A stretch of 64,000 nt of DNA from Octopus vulgaris (GCA_951406725.2 OX597841.1:12648001-12712000); one strand, 5' to 3'; positions 1 through 12,608 are shown, numbered from the stretch's first letter. Program-made: numbers and translations. The notes: a model not told the origin generated them from the sequence alone.

Positions 1-2161
1 CTTTGGACGTAAGATGGTTATCAAGGGAGATCTGAAAGCTCCTACCTTCAACGATGACCTCACTCTTACCATTTCCGGTAAATTGAAGAAGTTCAACGTG
101 GTTCTCAAACTGCAACACAACAAGGACATTTATGAAGTGACAGCCTCCAATAAGGCATACTACAAGACTTTGGACATCAACGTCTATTTCCCAGGAGTCA
201 AAGCTAAGCTGGACTTTGAAGGAGAACTGAAAAGATTCAAGGCCTTCGCCGGCGTGACCATCGACAAACAACAATACAAACTGGTTCTTTCCAATCAAAA
301 TTACATGAAAGGAATCAACGCTGAACTGACCACACCAGAACTTGGACACAACGAGCTGAAATTTGACTTTGGTGGCGAATTGAGAAATTTCCATCTTAAC
401 ACTCAGTTACTGCGCAAGAAAACTGAATATTCTTTTGCAACCTCAGTAAATGTTGACAGTCACTCATACACCCTCAGCTTCAAGACACCCGTCTTCAGTT
501 TGACAGGAGACGTCATGAATGGATTTAAGTCTTCGAGCTTCAAGACAAAGTTGATCAACATTTACAACAGTTACCAATTTGCTGCTTCCAACATGAATTA
601 TTTCGATTACATGAGCTTCAATATGTCCACTCCTGAACTGGGTGTCCAGAAACTCACCCTCCAGCGACAGGACCGTTCTTTGTCTGTGCGTTTCCAGAAC
701 AACAACGACATGTATCAGTGTGATATCTCTTTAGAGAATAAAGACATTTTGATCAGTTTTTCTTCTCCCGACAACAAAGGTGAGATCAAGGCAAAATTGA
801 ACGAACACGTCAAGGACTTTAGTCTGTCTGCTCAGCTGACCAACAACGGAAAAACTTACAAAGTGAAGATGGTCAACGATAACTTCAAACAAATGGTCGC
901 CCGTATGACCAGGCCTTCTTCTGATGACATCGAAATCTTGGTTGAAAACACCGGCAACATTGCCAATGGTAAGAGCCATGTGAAGGCCACGTTTGGAAAC
1001 TACCTTTTGGATAACAATGTCGATGTTCAACTGAACCAGAGACAGTTCGTGATGCAAATGAAATCATCGGTGAAATCAAAGCAAACAGCGATCAACTTCA
1101 ATGTTGACATTCAAACAAACTTTGATACAAACGAGTTCAGCCAGTCATTCATCGTAAACATGAATGGAAGAAAGAGCTCAGTAAAGACCTACGTAAATCT
1201 GTCACGTGGTTTGACAGCTTCTTTTGACCTCGATAACACTTACACCGGCGACGTTCACATGAAGGTCGATATTGAACCAATGAAACTGAACCGGATCAAA
1301 TCATCATTGGTACTGAAATCTCAGTTAACAGGTGTCGTTACTCTGGTTTATCAACACGAACTGACCCGAATGTCCTTCAAAAGCAAAGCTCACATCGAAA
1401 CCGATTCCAGTAGCAGACTTGCAGGCTATGACGTAGAAGTAAGCTTCCAGCAGAAGTATTCTTACAATGTTAAGATGGATTACAAAAACGAAAAATACGT
1501 CATCACATCGAAGGCTTCTCACGACGATCGTTCGACAAGCGGAAACTTCCAAATGAGGACTCCATTGAGAAACTTGAAAGATTTAACCATCTCTGCTGAA
1601 CTCGATGCCAACAGGCTTATGAAAGCAAGTGTTTCCCTCCCTAAACAGTTCTACGGTGTAAACTTTGTCAATACCGGCAACGGCTTCAATGTTGAGCTGG
1701 ATTTACAAAGAGACACCAGTGACAAGGAAAAGCAGTTTAAAACTTCTATGAGATACGTTAACAATGACAGCCGATCTACTTTCTTTAGAAAAATCATTTT
1801 GAAAGTGATGGGCGATAATGGCGACTTGACTGGAAATTTCCATATCCAGAAATCTTCTGATATGTACACAGTGAAGGCTGAATACAGTTGGGGAGAGAAA
1901 GACAGTCAGAAAATAGGAGCAGAACTTCAAATGAAAACTTCAAGCGGAAGCGAAGCACTCCTTAGTTTGATCTTACCCCGTCGTACCATCCAACTGACCG
2001 GAAATGTTCAAAATTATCGTAATCAACATACTGCCATGTTCACCTTGATACCTGACGCCAACAACAGAAACGAGAAGATTGAAATAACAGCCGATATTTC
2101 TATTGAGAGCAACAACATCTACACCATGAATACGATCGTCAAATTCCCGAACCAGAAAAAG
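1..2161 (+). CDS. LLTP giant exon, amphipathic beta-strand region (open at window start)
   Basis: Frame is open from base 2 (FGRKMVIK...) with biased codon usage and alternating hydrophobic residues. Donor AAG|GTGAGT at 2161/2162. Confidence 0.92.
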
Positions 2162-2572
2162 GTGAGTAAACTTATTTTGTCTCTGCTTCAGTTGGTCTTC
2201 TTCGCAGTTGTGCGACTCAGCCATTGATTCGTCGTTTGATTCGTTCTCAATATTCGAGAGGCATCACGTGAATGCATTACGTTGATGCTTAGAGAAGTCA
2301 TCAGATTCTATTCACACGGAGCATTTATATTTACATTTGCGCAACAATTATTCGAAAAGGCGCGAGCGTGGTTGTACGGCGGAGAAGTTGGCTTCCTAAG
2401 CACAAGCTTCAGGGTTCAGTCCTACTGCGTGGCACCCTGGGCCACTGTTTTCTTCTATAGTCATTGGCTGGCCAGACCCTTGCAAGCGGATATGGTAGAC
2501 GGAAACTAAAAGAAGCCCGTCGCATATAGATGTATATGTGTGTGTATGTGTTTATATGTGTGTGTATGTGTT

Positions 2573-2611
<39 letters not shown>

Positions 2612-5014
2612 CTCTTATCCATTTTCAGGGAATGCACTTTAAAACAATCTTCACCGGCCGTCGTGGTGACACCATCTTCAGCAGCCGATTCCAGTTCAGC
2701 GCTGACCAAGATCCCCGCAAAGCATTGACTTTGGATATGAAACTGGCTGACAACAGAGGCAACTACACTTTTGACTTCCACGTCGAGCAACCATACACGA
2801 AACTCGCTTTCATTATGATGGCCTACGCAGCCGCCAAAGAAGGACGAATCAGCACCGGAGTGGAGCTCAACTACAACAGTCACAGACGTTATTATGATAA
2901 ATACATCATCAGAACCGACATCAACAAGGTCACACAGGAAGCCGTCTTTGAGGTAAGCACATTTTCCGCTAAGCATCCCTTAAAGAAAATAAAATATCCA
3001 GAAAATAAGGGGACAGAGATACTTTTCACTTTGGAGTTAATCTATTTATACTCTTTACTCTTTTACTTGTTTCAGTCATTTGACTGCGGCCATGCTGGAG
3101 CACCGCCTTTAGTCGAGCAACTCGACCCCGGGACTTATTCTTTGTAAGCCCAGTACTTATTCTATTGGTCTCTTTTGCCGAACCGCTAAGTTACGGGGAG
3201 GTAAACACACCAGCATCGGTTGTCAAGCAATGCTAGGGGGACAAACACAGACACACAAACATATACACACACATACATATATATATATACGACGGGCTTC
3301 TTTCAGTTTCCGTCTACCAAATCCACTCACAAGGCTTTGGTCGGCACGGGGCTATAGCAGAAGACACTTGCCCAAGATGCCACGCAGTGGGACTGAACCC
3401 GGGACCATGTGGTTGGTTAGCAAGCTACTTACCACACAGCCACTCCTAATTCATGATTAGAGTTCAAATTAAAACATGTCCCATATTTTACTATTTTATT
3501 TTTAAAATGGTGTTTGGGATGTAGCGAAAGCCAAACATTTCTTTCTGATATCTTCATCTGGAACTGCATCATTCAAAGGGCTCTCGTTGTTGCTTAATTC
3601 CAAATCCATTTTATTCCAACGTATCCCTGATCAAAGACGTTCCTTCTGTGGCCATCCCAACTATTTAGTCATTGTGCGTCCACGATTACACAACACAACG
3701 ACTTTTGCTTTTGAATATATTATGATGTAATTTCTGGAAATTCGACTGCTATTTCTAGTAGATGGAACAACCTCACAGAAGAACCACTTTACTCCTTCCC
3801 TCCAGTAATTATGAAAATTAACAGTGATTATATCAATTAAACTGTCTAATTCGATATAGCATAGTGTGTGTGTATATATATGGATGTATGTCTATATATA
3901 TATATATAAAATCAAAATAAGCAACAAGGATATCCAAGGTAGTGTAGTACAATCGTTTCATGCTACTTCATTTTATTAAACAATGTAAGTATTACATCAG
4001 TTTTAAAATGTCGAGCAATCTTCAGCCACATATAGAATTTTTTTTAATTAAATGGACAATGTACATTTTTATACTTATCTCATTTGCCAACATTATATAT
4101 ACATATATGATCATTGTATTAATTAAACCTTGTTCTAATCACCAGGTTGTGTCTCCCAAGAACCATATTGAAATCACAGGATCCCTAGACACCAACAAGC
4201 AGTATTCAGTGTCTTTGAACAAACGAGAATCTGGTATGAAGGACATGCAGGCCACAGCATCAATCAGCCCCAACGCCAAAAATATGCACCTCCAACTAAA
4301 CTACGACCAAGGTAACCTCCTTTTAAATGCTGCTTTTATTATTATCTTGAAGGTCTCTTACTAGTGCGATTATTATTATTATTATTATTATTATTATTGT
4401 TATTATTATTGTTGTTATTATTATTATTAAGGCGGTGAGGTAGCAGAATCGTTAGCACGCCGGGCAAAATGCTTAGCGGCATTTCGTCCGTCTTCATGTC
4501 CTGAGTTCAAATTCCGCCGAGGTCACCTTTGCCATTCATTCATTTCGGGGTCAATAAAATAAGTACCATTTGAGCACTGGGGGGTCGATGCAATCGATTT
4601 ATCCTCTCCCCGAAAGGTGTATCAATTAACCCTTAAAACAGTTAACCCTTAAGTAATTAACCTTTAAATCAGTTAAGCTCTACATCATTTAAACCCTAAA
4701 ACAGTTAATCTTTAAAGGGGCTGTTTCGTTTACTACACTACCCATACATGTACCTTAATATTTCGTTTATGTTACAGCCAACCCTGAAAAAGTGTTCCAC
4801 ATCGATGGAGAAGTCATGGACAAAAAGCTTATGATGAAGGCCTACAGGACTTCGGGTCAGCAGAAGGTGAACCGAGACGGAAAACTGATCATAGAAATGA
4901 GACCCTCAAGCATTCTGTTTTTCCAGCTTTTATGGAACACCCAAATGCTCAAGGAAATCACTGTAAGTTCCCAGACTCACTCTTCTATCTCTTATCCAGA
5001 CAGTTTAACGGGTG

Positions 5015-5059
<45 letters not shown>

Positions 5060-8000
5060 CTTCTTCTACAAGAATGTTGTTGTCAATGACTTCGAAGGCC
5101 AACCAAGCCATCGTCGGCGATGGCGTAGCTAGCCGGAACTTCGATGTCACTGTCAACAACATTCTTGTAGAAGAAGAAATTTGTGCTCTACAAAAGTATA
5201 GAAGAACCCACGAGATTAATGACTGCCACTATACTAAACATCTAATCGAACTTCGATTTCGCAACACCCGAATCAATTGTTTTTCCTCCTTTTCTTTTTC
5301 TTCAGGATTATGGTTTTGCCGTGTTCCAGACCTACGGACAAAAGATCCAGACATTTGGTGAAACTATTGGAAAGAGTGTTTCTGAAGAATTCGTGTCAAA
5401 AGTGCAAGATATTAAGAGAGTCTTCAAAGACGATATGGAACCAATTGCCAACTACCTCCCTTCGGTTTACAACGACATCTACAGGGACGTCGCTAAACAC
5501 ACCGCCAAAGTTGCCGAACTCTATGGCAGGAATGTCTTCTACATGAAAAGCATGGGTGATTCGGTTATGGGGGCCTGGGAATCAATGTGGATCAGCTACC
5601 AGAACAATCTCGTATACATGAAGAGACAAATGCAAGAATTCAACGCCTACATGAGCGACAAACTTGACGAAGCTAAAATAATGGTTGACTCATATTATTC
5701 CGACTTCGAAAATGGATATCAGGTGAGTTTGAACATGTGGTTTCTATGCTGACAATTTTCATAGAAACACCTTGGGCAAGTGTCTTCTACTATAGCCTCG
5801 GGCCGACCAAAACCTTGTGAGGGGATTTGGTAGACGGAAACTGAAAGAAGCCCGTCGTATATATGTATATGTATATATATGTGTGTGTGTGTGTGTTTGT
5901 GTGTCTGTGTTTGTCCCCCTAGCATTGCTTGACAACCGATGCTGGTGTGTTTATGTCCCGGTCACTTAGCGGTTCGGCAAAAGAGACCGATTGAATAAGT
6001 ATTGGGCTTACAAAAGAATAAGTCCCGGGGTCGAGTTGCTCGATTAAAGGTGGTGCTCCAGTATGGCCGCAGTCAAATGACTGAAACAAGTAAAAGAGTA
6101 AAAGAGTAAAGAGGGTATGAAGAACAACAAAAATCCGAAGCATTCGAATCTGTCTCAGTTTATTGTGTTTGCTGTTGTTGTTGTTGCTCCTGTTGGTGTT
6201 GTTTAGCCACAGGTCAGTCCTGATCCAGTAGACCTATGATCAAAGATGCTCCAGCCGATAAGACTATCTCATCTTTTATTCAGACATAGTATATCTAGGA
6301 ATATATTATCAAACGTGCCGTTCTATGTTGACCCGACGCCATCAACCCTTTTGCAGTTAACCAGCAAAAGATGAAAGTTTTCTTCCTCCTCGTCGTCATT
6401 GTCGTCACTTTGCTCGTTCTTTTTAGCATCATCTCCATAATTATCTCCCTTGTCACCTCCCTAATTACCTCCCTTGTCATCCCCCACGTTTTCCAATATG
6501 AAAATACTAAGAGTGTAAGTTTACTCTCGTTGCAGGCTGCCAAGGCTAAGCTGTTCCACCAAATTGATGAAATGTTCTTATACGTTGAACAACAATTTAA
6601 CAATGGATTCGAACACTTCACCTCCCTCCACCAAGAGATCAACACCTATATCAGCAAGTTCCCAGCTGTGATGAAACGTAAGTAGGCATTGAACTTAGCT
6701 TCATAAACTGGCGACATATTTCCGCCAATGGGCGCCATTAAATGAGTCTTTTCTCCATGGCAAACCGCATTGAAAATGGCCTTTTTATCATTCAGATATC
6801 GCACACGTAATTAAGCTGATCTAAAACATTTATTAATTCAAAAACACGTTTTTTTTTTTTTATATAAATCCAACTTTAATTTCACGCAATTGAGAAATCT
6901 TTCCATATTGTTTTCCATAAACCATTTCTCTGTCGTCCAAAAGTAAATCTTCTTCTTCTTTGGCTTTTTTCAGGTGTCCAAGACCAGATTAAGAAGCATC
7001 CATTAATTGCCAAAGCTGTTGACTACATGGTCAGCATGTATGAAGCAATGAACAACATGAAAGAGGAATTCATCGCCGAACACGGTGACATCAGTGTACT
7101 CTCGCACCCAATGGTCGACCTCCTGCTCAGCATCTCCAACGATATTTACAAACACGTAAGACACTCATTTGCTGTTGTTGTTTTTCTTGTGGTTGTTGTA
7201 TGTCATTGCTTAACCCCAGGTCAGTTCTGCACAAACAGATCTTTCATAACAGATGTTCCAGCCGTGACCAAGCCATCTTTTATTCTGATGTAGTGTATCA
7301 AGGACGCCATGTGTCCTCCTATTGTTGTTGATGTTATTCAACCTCAGTCAGTTTTAATCAGGCGGATTATGATCAGCGACATTCCAAACATGGCTGTCCA
7401 AGTAACTACAGCATACATTGTTTCGCGCCCTTCTTCATTTATAAAAGATGTGATTTGAGTGAAATTTTGCTGCTATTTCTAGCAAGCCATCAAGCCACAT
7501 GTAAGCTCTTTCATTGATCCAGTGAAAATCTAACTTGTCACTAACGATGACTGAGCAAAGAAGGGCAAAACCCAGCGAGTTCAGTCTACCTGGCTGTAAC
7601 TAGGTACCACTGAATATGTACAACGTACCGACGGATAACTAGATGCATTTGAAAGTAGACACCTATTGGTCTGTCTGTTTGTCAGTCGGTCAGACTGTTT
7701 GTCTCTCAATGTATGTATGTATGTATGTATGTATGTATGTATGTATATATATATATATATATATATCACACACTTGTATGTCTCTCTCTCCTATAGGTAT
7801 TGAAATCCTACGGTTACTTACACCTTGAAGAAGTCCTTCCCGATCTGAAAAACAAAGTCATTCGATTTGTGAAGAAAGAAGTCGCTACTTTGAAGAAAGC
7901 TTTGACAAGCATCGATCTAAAAGTCCTGGTATTTGATCCCAAGAACGGTGAGATCAGCGCCCAACTTTACTATCATGGCTTAATCAGTGCCTACAGACAC

Positions 8001-8227
8001 CTAGAAGACACAAGCGATTCTTTGGATAAAGTCAGTCGTTCTTTCCAGAAGTACTCCAACAAGCTATCGGCCTTCACTGACTGGACCGTCTATGACACTT
8101 ACTACCACGTCAAACCATCCTCGGACGTCAAAAACTGGGTCCCACCATTCAAAGGTTCGAATCTCAATCAAATTTATAATTCTATTCGCTGTACTTCTGT
8201 TTGCAAACAGGTGTGTGTGTGTGTGTG

Positions 8228-8265
<38 letters not shown>

Positions 8266-8991
8266 CTAATATCTTAGCATTGTAAGGCGGCGAGCTGGCA
8301 GAAACGTTAGCGCGCCGGGCGAAATTCTTAGCGGTATTTCGTCTGCCGTTACGTTCTGAGTTCAAATTCCGCCGAGGTCGACTTTGCCGTTCATCCTTTC
8401 GCACAAATACATACTGAGGCACACATTGATCGAATCCCATCTCGTTTTTTTTTTCAGCCCGTGCCAGTCTGTTCGGCGGAGAACACATCACCACTTTTGA
8501 TGGACGCCACTTAAACTTCAAAGGAACCTGCAGCTACATCCTGGCTCGCTCTGAAGGCAACTTCAAGATCGTCGCTGATTACAGGAACAAGGGACGCCAA
8601 GCATCTGTTGAATCCATCTCAATGACAACCAAGACTGGAAACAAGATCAGAATCACAAGAGATTCCAAAGTAAGTTAGCCATCTTTTAGTTTTTCCATAT
8701 CCCTTCCACATCATTCTCGACAATCACTCTGACCCCTAGACCCCTAGCTCTAACCATCAGTCACCCTCCTCTCACAATCGCAGAAACCTATCCATTCACC
8801 ATTTCAGATCTTCTTAGAAAGTTCTCAGTTTCTAAATTGATGTTCTACAGGTTTGCAACAATGGCTGCGTGCCTTTTCATTTCGAGCGTTGGCACTTGGT
8901 CTGCCACGGGGCATCTGAAAGAAATAACAAGTTAAACCGTACAGTAATATACTGATAGTTAAATGCGCTCAAATATCCTTTGCAGTCTGTA

Positions 8992-9024
<33 letters not shown>

Positions 9025-9330
9025 CTTAGCATGCAATTAGCAATGGGTGCCTGAAACTGTCGAAGTCCCTAAAGACAGAAATTCGATTCTAGTAATACCA
9101 CAGCCGCGCCTGAACGATTTTCGTCTACTACTGATATATTTTCGCATCAAATGAATGATAACAGACGATGGATAATTATCAGCTCATAACAGCTGTTTCT
9201 TACGCATCTTTTTAACAGAAGACAGAAAACATTTATTCCATTACGAAAAACCGTAATCATCGGATGAAACCCAGCCCAGTACATAACTTTTCAAGTACTT
9301 GATTTTATCTGAATCGTTACCTTACTTTAT

Positions 9331-9395
<65 letters not shown>

Positions 9396-10233
9396 AGCAT
9401 CACTCTTCCTGTATCTCTCTCCCTTTTTCTCCTCTTTCTGTCCGACCCTCCAACGTTCTTCTCACACTCAGTTTTGTTAATTCTTCAAAATCAATCTCCA
9501 TCATTCATAGGTTGAAGTCAACGACCGCGTCAGCAAACTTCCCGTCAGCCTCAGCGACGTCCACATCCACCGCAACGGCGACCTCATCGTTGTTGAGGGC
9601 ACCAACGGATACACCGTCAGCTGCAACCCCAAATCCGATTTCTACATCGTTGACATCAGCGGATGGTATTACAACAAGGTCGGAGGCTTATTCGGTACCT
9701 ATGACAACGAAAAGACCAACGACATGACCATGTCCAACATGCACGCCACCAACGACCTGCAAGAATTCGCCAACTCCTGGTCCACCTCTCGCTCCTGTCG
9801 CTCCCAGAACCACGCCCGTGGTCATATGGTCCCTGAAAACCGAAAATGTGCCGAAATGTTCATGGAACCATCGTCACCTTTTAGGAATTGCTTCAAACAG
9901 GTAAGAAACTGTCTACCTTTTCGTGTCTGTTCATTTAATCGATTTTTACTAATATTAGTAATTCCGATATGTTAGTTTTAAATTTTAGTACAAGGCCAGG
10001 AAGTCTGGCGAAGGGGTTAAGTCGATAACATTGACCCCGGGGTTCAACCTGGTTCTTATCTTATCGACCCCGAAAGGATGAAAAGTAAAGTCGACCTCGT
10101 TGGAATTTGAACTCGGAATATAGAGACAGAAGGCACCAATGCTGTTAAGCATTTTGCCCGACGTTCTAACGACTCTGCCAACTCACTGCCTTAATAGTTC
10201 TCATATATTAATTAATAAGCTAATTAGTCTTGC

Positions 10234-10275
<42 letters not shown>

Positions 10276-10506
10276 ATGTGTATGTGTATACATACGCATA
10301 CATGTATGTTTATCTGCATGCATACATGTACACACATACATACTTACACACACACACATTTGTTTTTGACGGTTGAACTCGAAGTAGATAGAGCTATAAA
10401 TAACAGCGAGTAAATATTGGTTTGAAAGTCGTTTCTTGGACAGATGAAGTCTAATGCGTGAAGTCTGTCCATTGGACGTAAACAATATATATTCACATAT
10501 GCATAC

Positions 10507-10543
<37 letters not shown>

Positions 10544-11654
10544 TGCGCACGGTTGCATATATACATAGCTGTATGCATCTTAATAACTATATATGCGTAT
10601 GTGTGCGTGCGTGTTTTACCCGATGCGAAACTCGATTGCTTATCACCGCCATCTTGTCATTACAGGTAAACCCCAATCCATTCTACCACGCATGCGCAAG
10701 CTACATGACCAGCGTCAACAAACCCTTGAAGGTCCTCTGCGATGTCTCTTCTTACTACGTCAACCAATGTCACTACAACGATGTCCAACTACCAATCCCG
10801 ATCCGATGCTGTAAGTATTCATTGTTATGCTCCACCACTCCTTCTGTGACCATCCCTCCTTTTTTCTGTTAGGCACATGTCGTGGCTCTAGTTTGTCTGT
10901 TTTGTGTTTTTGACAAACGTAATCAGAGGTTTTGGGGCCAGGGGTTTTGGGGCCAGGGGTTTTGGGGCCAGAGGTTTTGGGGCCAGGGGTTTTGGGGCCA
11001 GAGGTTTCAGTCGCTATTTCTGTCCCATTGTGTGTTTCGACAGAACAATTTGGGACAAAAAATAAAAACTTAGCTGTGTATACCAGATCAAACTGGTTCA
11101 GTCTCAGACCACAGTCCACCTTGGCGTCCACAAATAGAATGGCGCAACAACAGTGACCTAAAAGCTACGGTTTTATATAATTGAAACAATATCAGAAAAC
11201 CTGATTCTGCTGGTGTTGTTGTTGTTGCTGCTGTTGCTTAGCACCCCAGTGCCCCATCATCGCAGTGCCCCAGCGTTGCAGCGCCTCAGATGATGCCTTA
11301 ACCGAGCAGAACTATGATCGAAGGTCTCCAACCATGACCATGCCGTCATTTTCTTTTTCTTGGGGATTAAAGCTGACTTATCTAATGTCCTTCTTCCTTA
11401 AGAAAGTAGCGTAGGACTTAACTGGGAATTCCCAGTTATTTCTAGCATGTCAGATCGGATCACGTTAGCACTCCAAGTAATGATACCTAAATAGCAACGC
11501 AAAGTACCTGTTATATATTCAGGTCCGATAGCATCTGAGAGAGCGAAAACAAAAAAAAAAATCTTATAAAATTTCGTATTATTTTTGCCAAAAGCAGTCA
11601 TTTCCTAATATTTACCGTTAATGTTTTTTCTTTGTCTTTTCAGCTACCCACTAA
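1..11654 (+). CDS. Large lipid transfer protein gene (apolipophorin/vitellogenin-like), 5'-partial, 12 exons, C-terminal VWD and C8 domains
   Basis: Exons <1-2161, 2629-2952, 4146-4311, 4778-4962, 5306-5722, 6536-6677, 6974-7155, 7797-8154, 8458-8669, 9511-9900, 10666-10810 and 11644-11654 join in frame through GT-AG introns (phases 0,0,1,0,0,1,0,1,0,0,1), giving about 1563 aa. Motifs WVPPFKARASLFGGEHITTFDGRHLNFKGTCSYILAR, ISGWYYNKVGGLFGTYDNE and SSPFRNCFKQVNPNPFYHAC resemble apolipophorin-type VWD and C8. Confidence 0.9.
2359..2530 (+). mobile_element. SINE family A, degraded 5' half
   Basis: Matches the head of the intact copies, ending GGTAGACGGAAACTAAAAGAAGCCCGTCG. Confidence 0.7.
2629..2952 (+). 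CDS. LLTP exon (GMHFKT...AVFE)
   Basis: Acceptor ATTTTCAG|, donor GAG|GTAAGC, phases 0/0. Confidence 0.9.
3049..3448 (-). mobile_element. tRNA-derived SINE family A (about 400-440 bp, internal (TA)n/(TG)n), near full length
   Basis: Head GGAGTGGCTGTGTGGTAAG...GGTTCAGTCCC with A/B-box-like motifs, tail GAAACAAGTAAAAGAGTAAA. More than 25 full or partial copies in the window. Confidence 0.9.
3943..4030 (-). ncRNA. Type I hammerhead ribozyme with extended stem II (Penelope-like terminal repeat relic)
   Basis: Minus strand reads TGTGG-CTGAAGA-T-TGCT[long hairpin]AGCA-T-GAAAC-GATT-GTA^CTACA. Stems I, II and III all pair. The tail runs into (TA)n near 3900. Confidence 0.75.
4146..4311 (+). CDS. 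LLTP exon (VVSPKNH...NYDQ)
   Basis: Acceptor CACCAG|, donor G|GTAACC, phases 0/1. Confidence 0.85.
4430..4615 (+). mobile_element. tRNA-derived SINE family B
   Basis: GGCGGTGAGGTAGCAGAATCGTTAG...GAGTTCAAATTCCGCCGAGGTC...GGGGTCAATAAAATAAGTACC. Other copies at about 8284-8400(+), 10010-10190(-), 25090-25310(-) and 29860-29920(-). Confidence 0.82.
4778..4962 (+). CDS. LLTP exon (ANPEKVF...KEIT)
   Basis: Acceptor GTTACAG|, donor ACT|GTAAGT, phases 1/0. Confidence 0.87.
5306..5722 (+). CDS. LLTP exon, amphipathic helical region (DYGFAVF...NGYQ)
   Basis: Polypyrimidine tract plus TTCAG|, donor CAG|GTGAGT, phases 0/0. Confidence 0.9.
5767..6112 (+). mobile_element. SINE family A, 5'-truncated
   Basis: Direct match to the other copies. 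Confidence 0.88.
6536..6677 (+). CDS. LLTP exon (AAKAKLF...VMK)
   Basis: Acceptor TTGCAG|, donor C|GTAAGT, phases 0/1. Confidence 0.87.
6974..7155 (+). CDS. LLTP exon (RVQDQI...IYKH)
   Basis: Acceptor TTTTTTCAG|, donor CAC|GTAAGA, phases 1/0. Confidence 0.88.
7797..8154 (+). CDS. LLTP exon (VLKSYG...WVPPFK)
   Basis: Acceptor CTATAG|. Donor AAG|GTTCGA is weak but required for in-frame joining to the VWD exon. Confidence 0.87.
8458..8669 (+). CDS. LLTP exon, VWD N-terminal part (HITTFDG...CSYILAR)
   Basis: Acceptor T-tract CAG|, donor AAA|GTAAGT, VWD TFDG motif. Not in the ORF track. Confidence 0.93.
9511..9900 (+). CDS. LLTP exon, VWD C-terminal part and start of C8
   Basis: Acceptor CATAG|, donor CAG|GTAAGA. 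Encodes SGWYYNKVGGLFGTYDNE and FANSW. Confidence 0.93.
10666..10810 (+). CDS. LLTP exon, C8 domain (VNPNPFYHAC...PIRC)
   Basis: Acceptor TTACAG|, donor T|GTAAGT, C8-like cysteine spacing. Confidence 0.9.
10926..11007. repeat. 15-bp minisatellite (GGGGCCAGRGGTTTT) x about 5
   Basis: Visible tandem units in the last LLTP intron. Confidence 0.9.
11644..11654 (+). CDS. LLTP terminal coding exon (S-T-H-stop)
   Basis: Strong acceptor TTTTTTCTTTGTCTTTTCAG| at 11643, phase 1, TAA at 11652-11654, followed by AATAAA. Confidence 0.75.
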
Positions 11655-11721
11655 ACATAATTGAAGATCGAACCCCACAAACTTTTCATCACTTCAATTT
11701 AAATAACTAATGTAATGAACC

Positions 11722-11775
11722 AATAAAATTATATTTGCATGTCAATCAATGTGTTTGTTGTATTTTGTTGTTGTT
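11722..11775 (+). terminator. Polyadenylation signal with downstream GT-rich element
   Basis: AATAAA at 11722-11727, then GTGTTTGTTGTATTTTGTTGTTGTT about 25 nt later. Confidence 0.75.
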
Positions 11776-12286
11776 ACGGCCGATGGTAAAGGTGATTAAT
11801 GTATTTGCTATTATCATTTGGCATAGAAAATTTGTTGTGTAGGACTGATGGGAAATACATTTAAATCTAAGTATAATCACACAAGACACTCACTACTTGA
11901 AATTTAAAGACAAACGTCCACTCCGCTTTCTCGATACACCTGGAAACTGAAGGATAAGAAAAATCAATAACATATATATAAGTTGGTGTATCGTTGAGTC
12001 TGTAACCACCACTGGATCATACAGATGTAACTTATGTTTGGCAGAAAAATATGATATCCGGATTCGACGCTTCAGTATGTTAAAACAGCCACAGCTCTAT
12101 TCGGTCGTTCCGGAATTTATTAATACTTAAACTAAATACAATCACATGGCTTCACTTGATTTTTGAATAAAATGCTTTAAAAAAATCGTCGACTAATTTC
12201 AGTTGTCCCGGGATTGTTAATTCGAACAATTCAGGAAACGGTTCGAGTTGGGCGCCATACAAAAATGTGCAAGGGAATTAAAGAAA

Positions 12287-12301
12287 CATCATCATCACCA
12301 C

Positions 12302-12336
<35 letters not shown>

Positions 12337-12373
12337 CCACCATCATCATCACCATCATCATCATATCACCATC

Positions 12374-12405
<32 letters not shown>

Positions 12406-12436
12406 CATTATCATCACCATCATCATCATCATCATA

Positions 12437-12467
<31 letters not shown>

Positions 12468-12574
12468 CCACCACCAAAATCCTCACCATCATCATCATCA
12501 TAACCACCACCACCATCACCACCATCATCATCACCATCATCATCACCATCATCATCATCATCATCATAACCACC

Positions 12575-12608
<34 letters not shown>

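Noticed and set aside
2162-2227. C-terminal hydrophobic tail of the 737-aa ORF
   Set aside because: Read-through into the intron past the GTGAGT donor. The next exon continues in frame.
3230-3460. Recurrent MLGGQTQTH... / [10 protein letters not shown] peptide family
   Set aside because: Translations of SINE family A copies, not a gene family.
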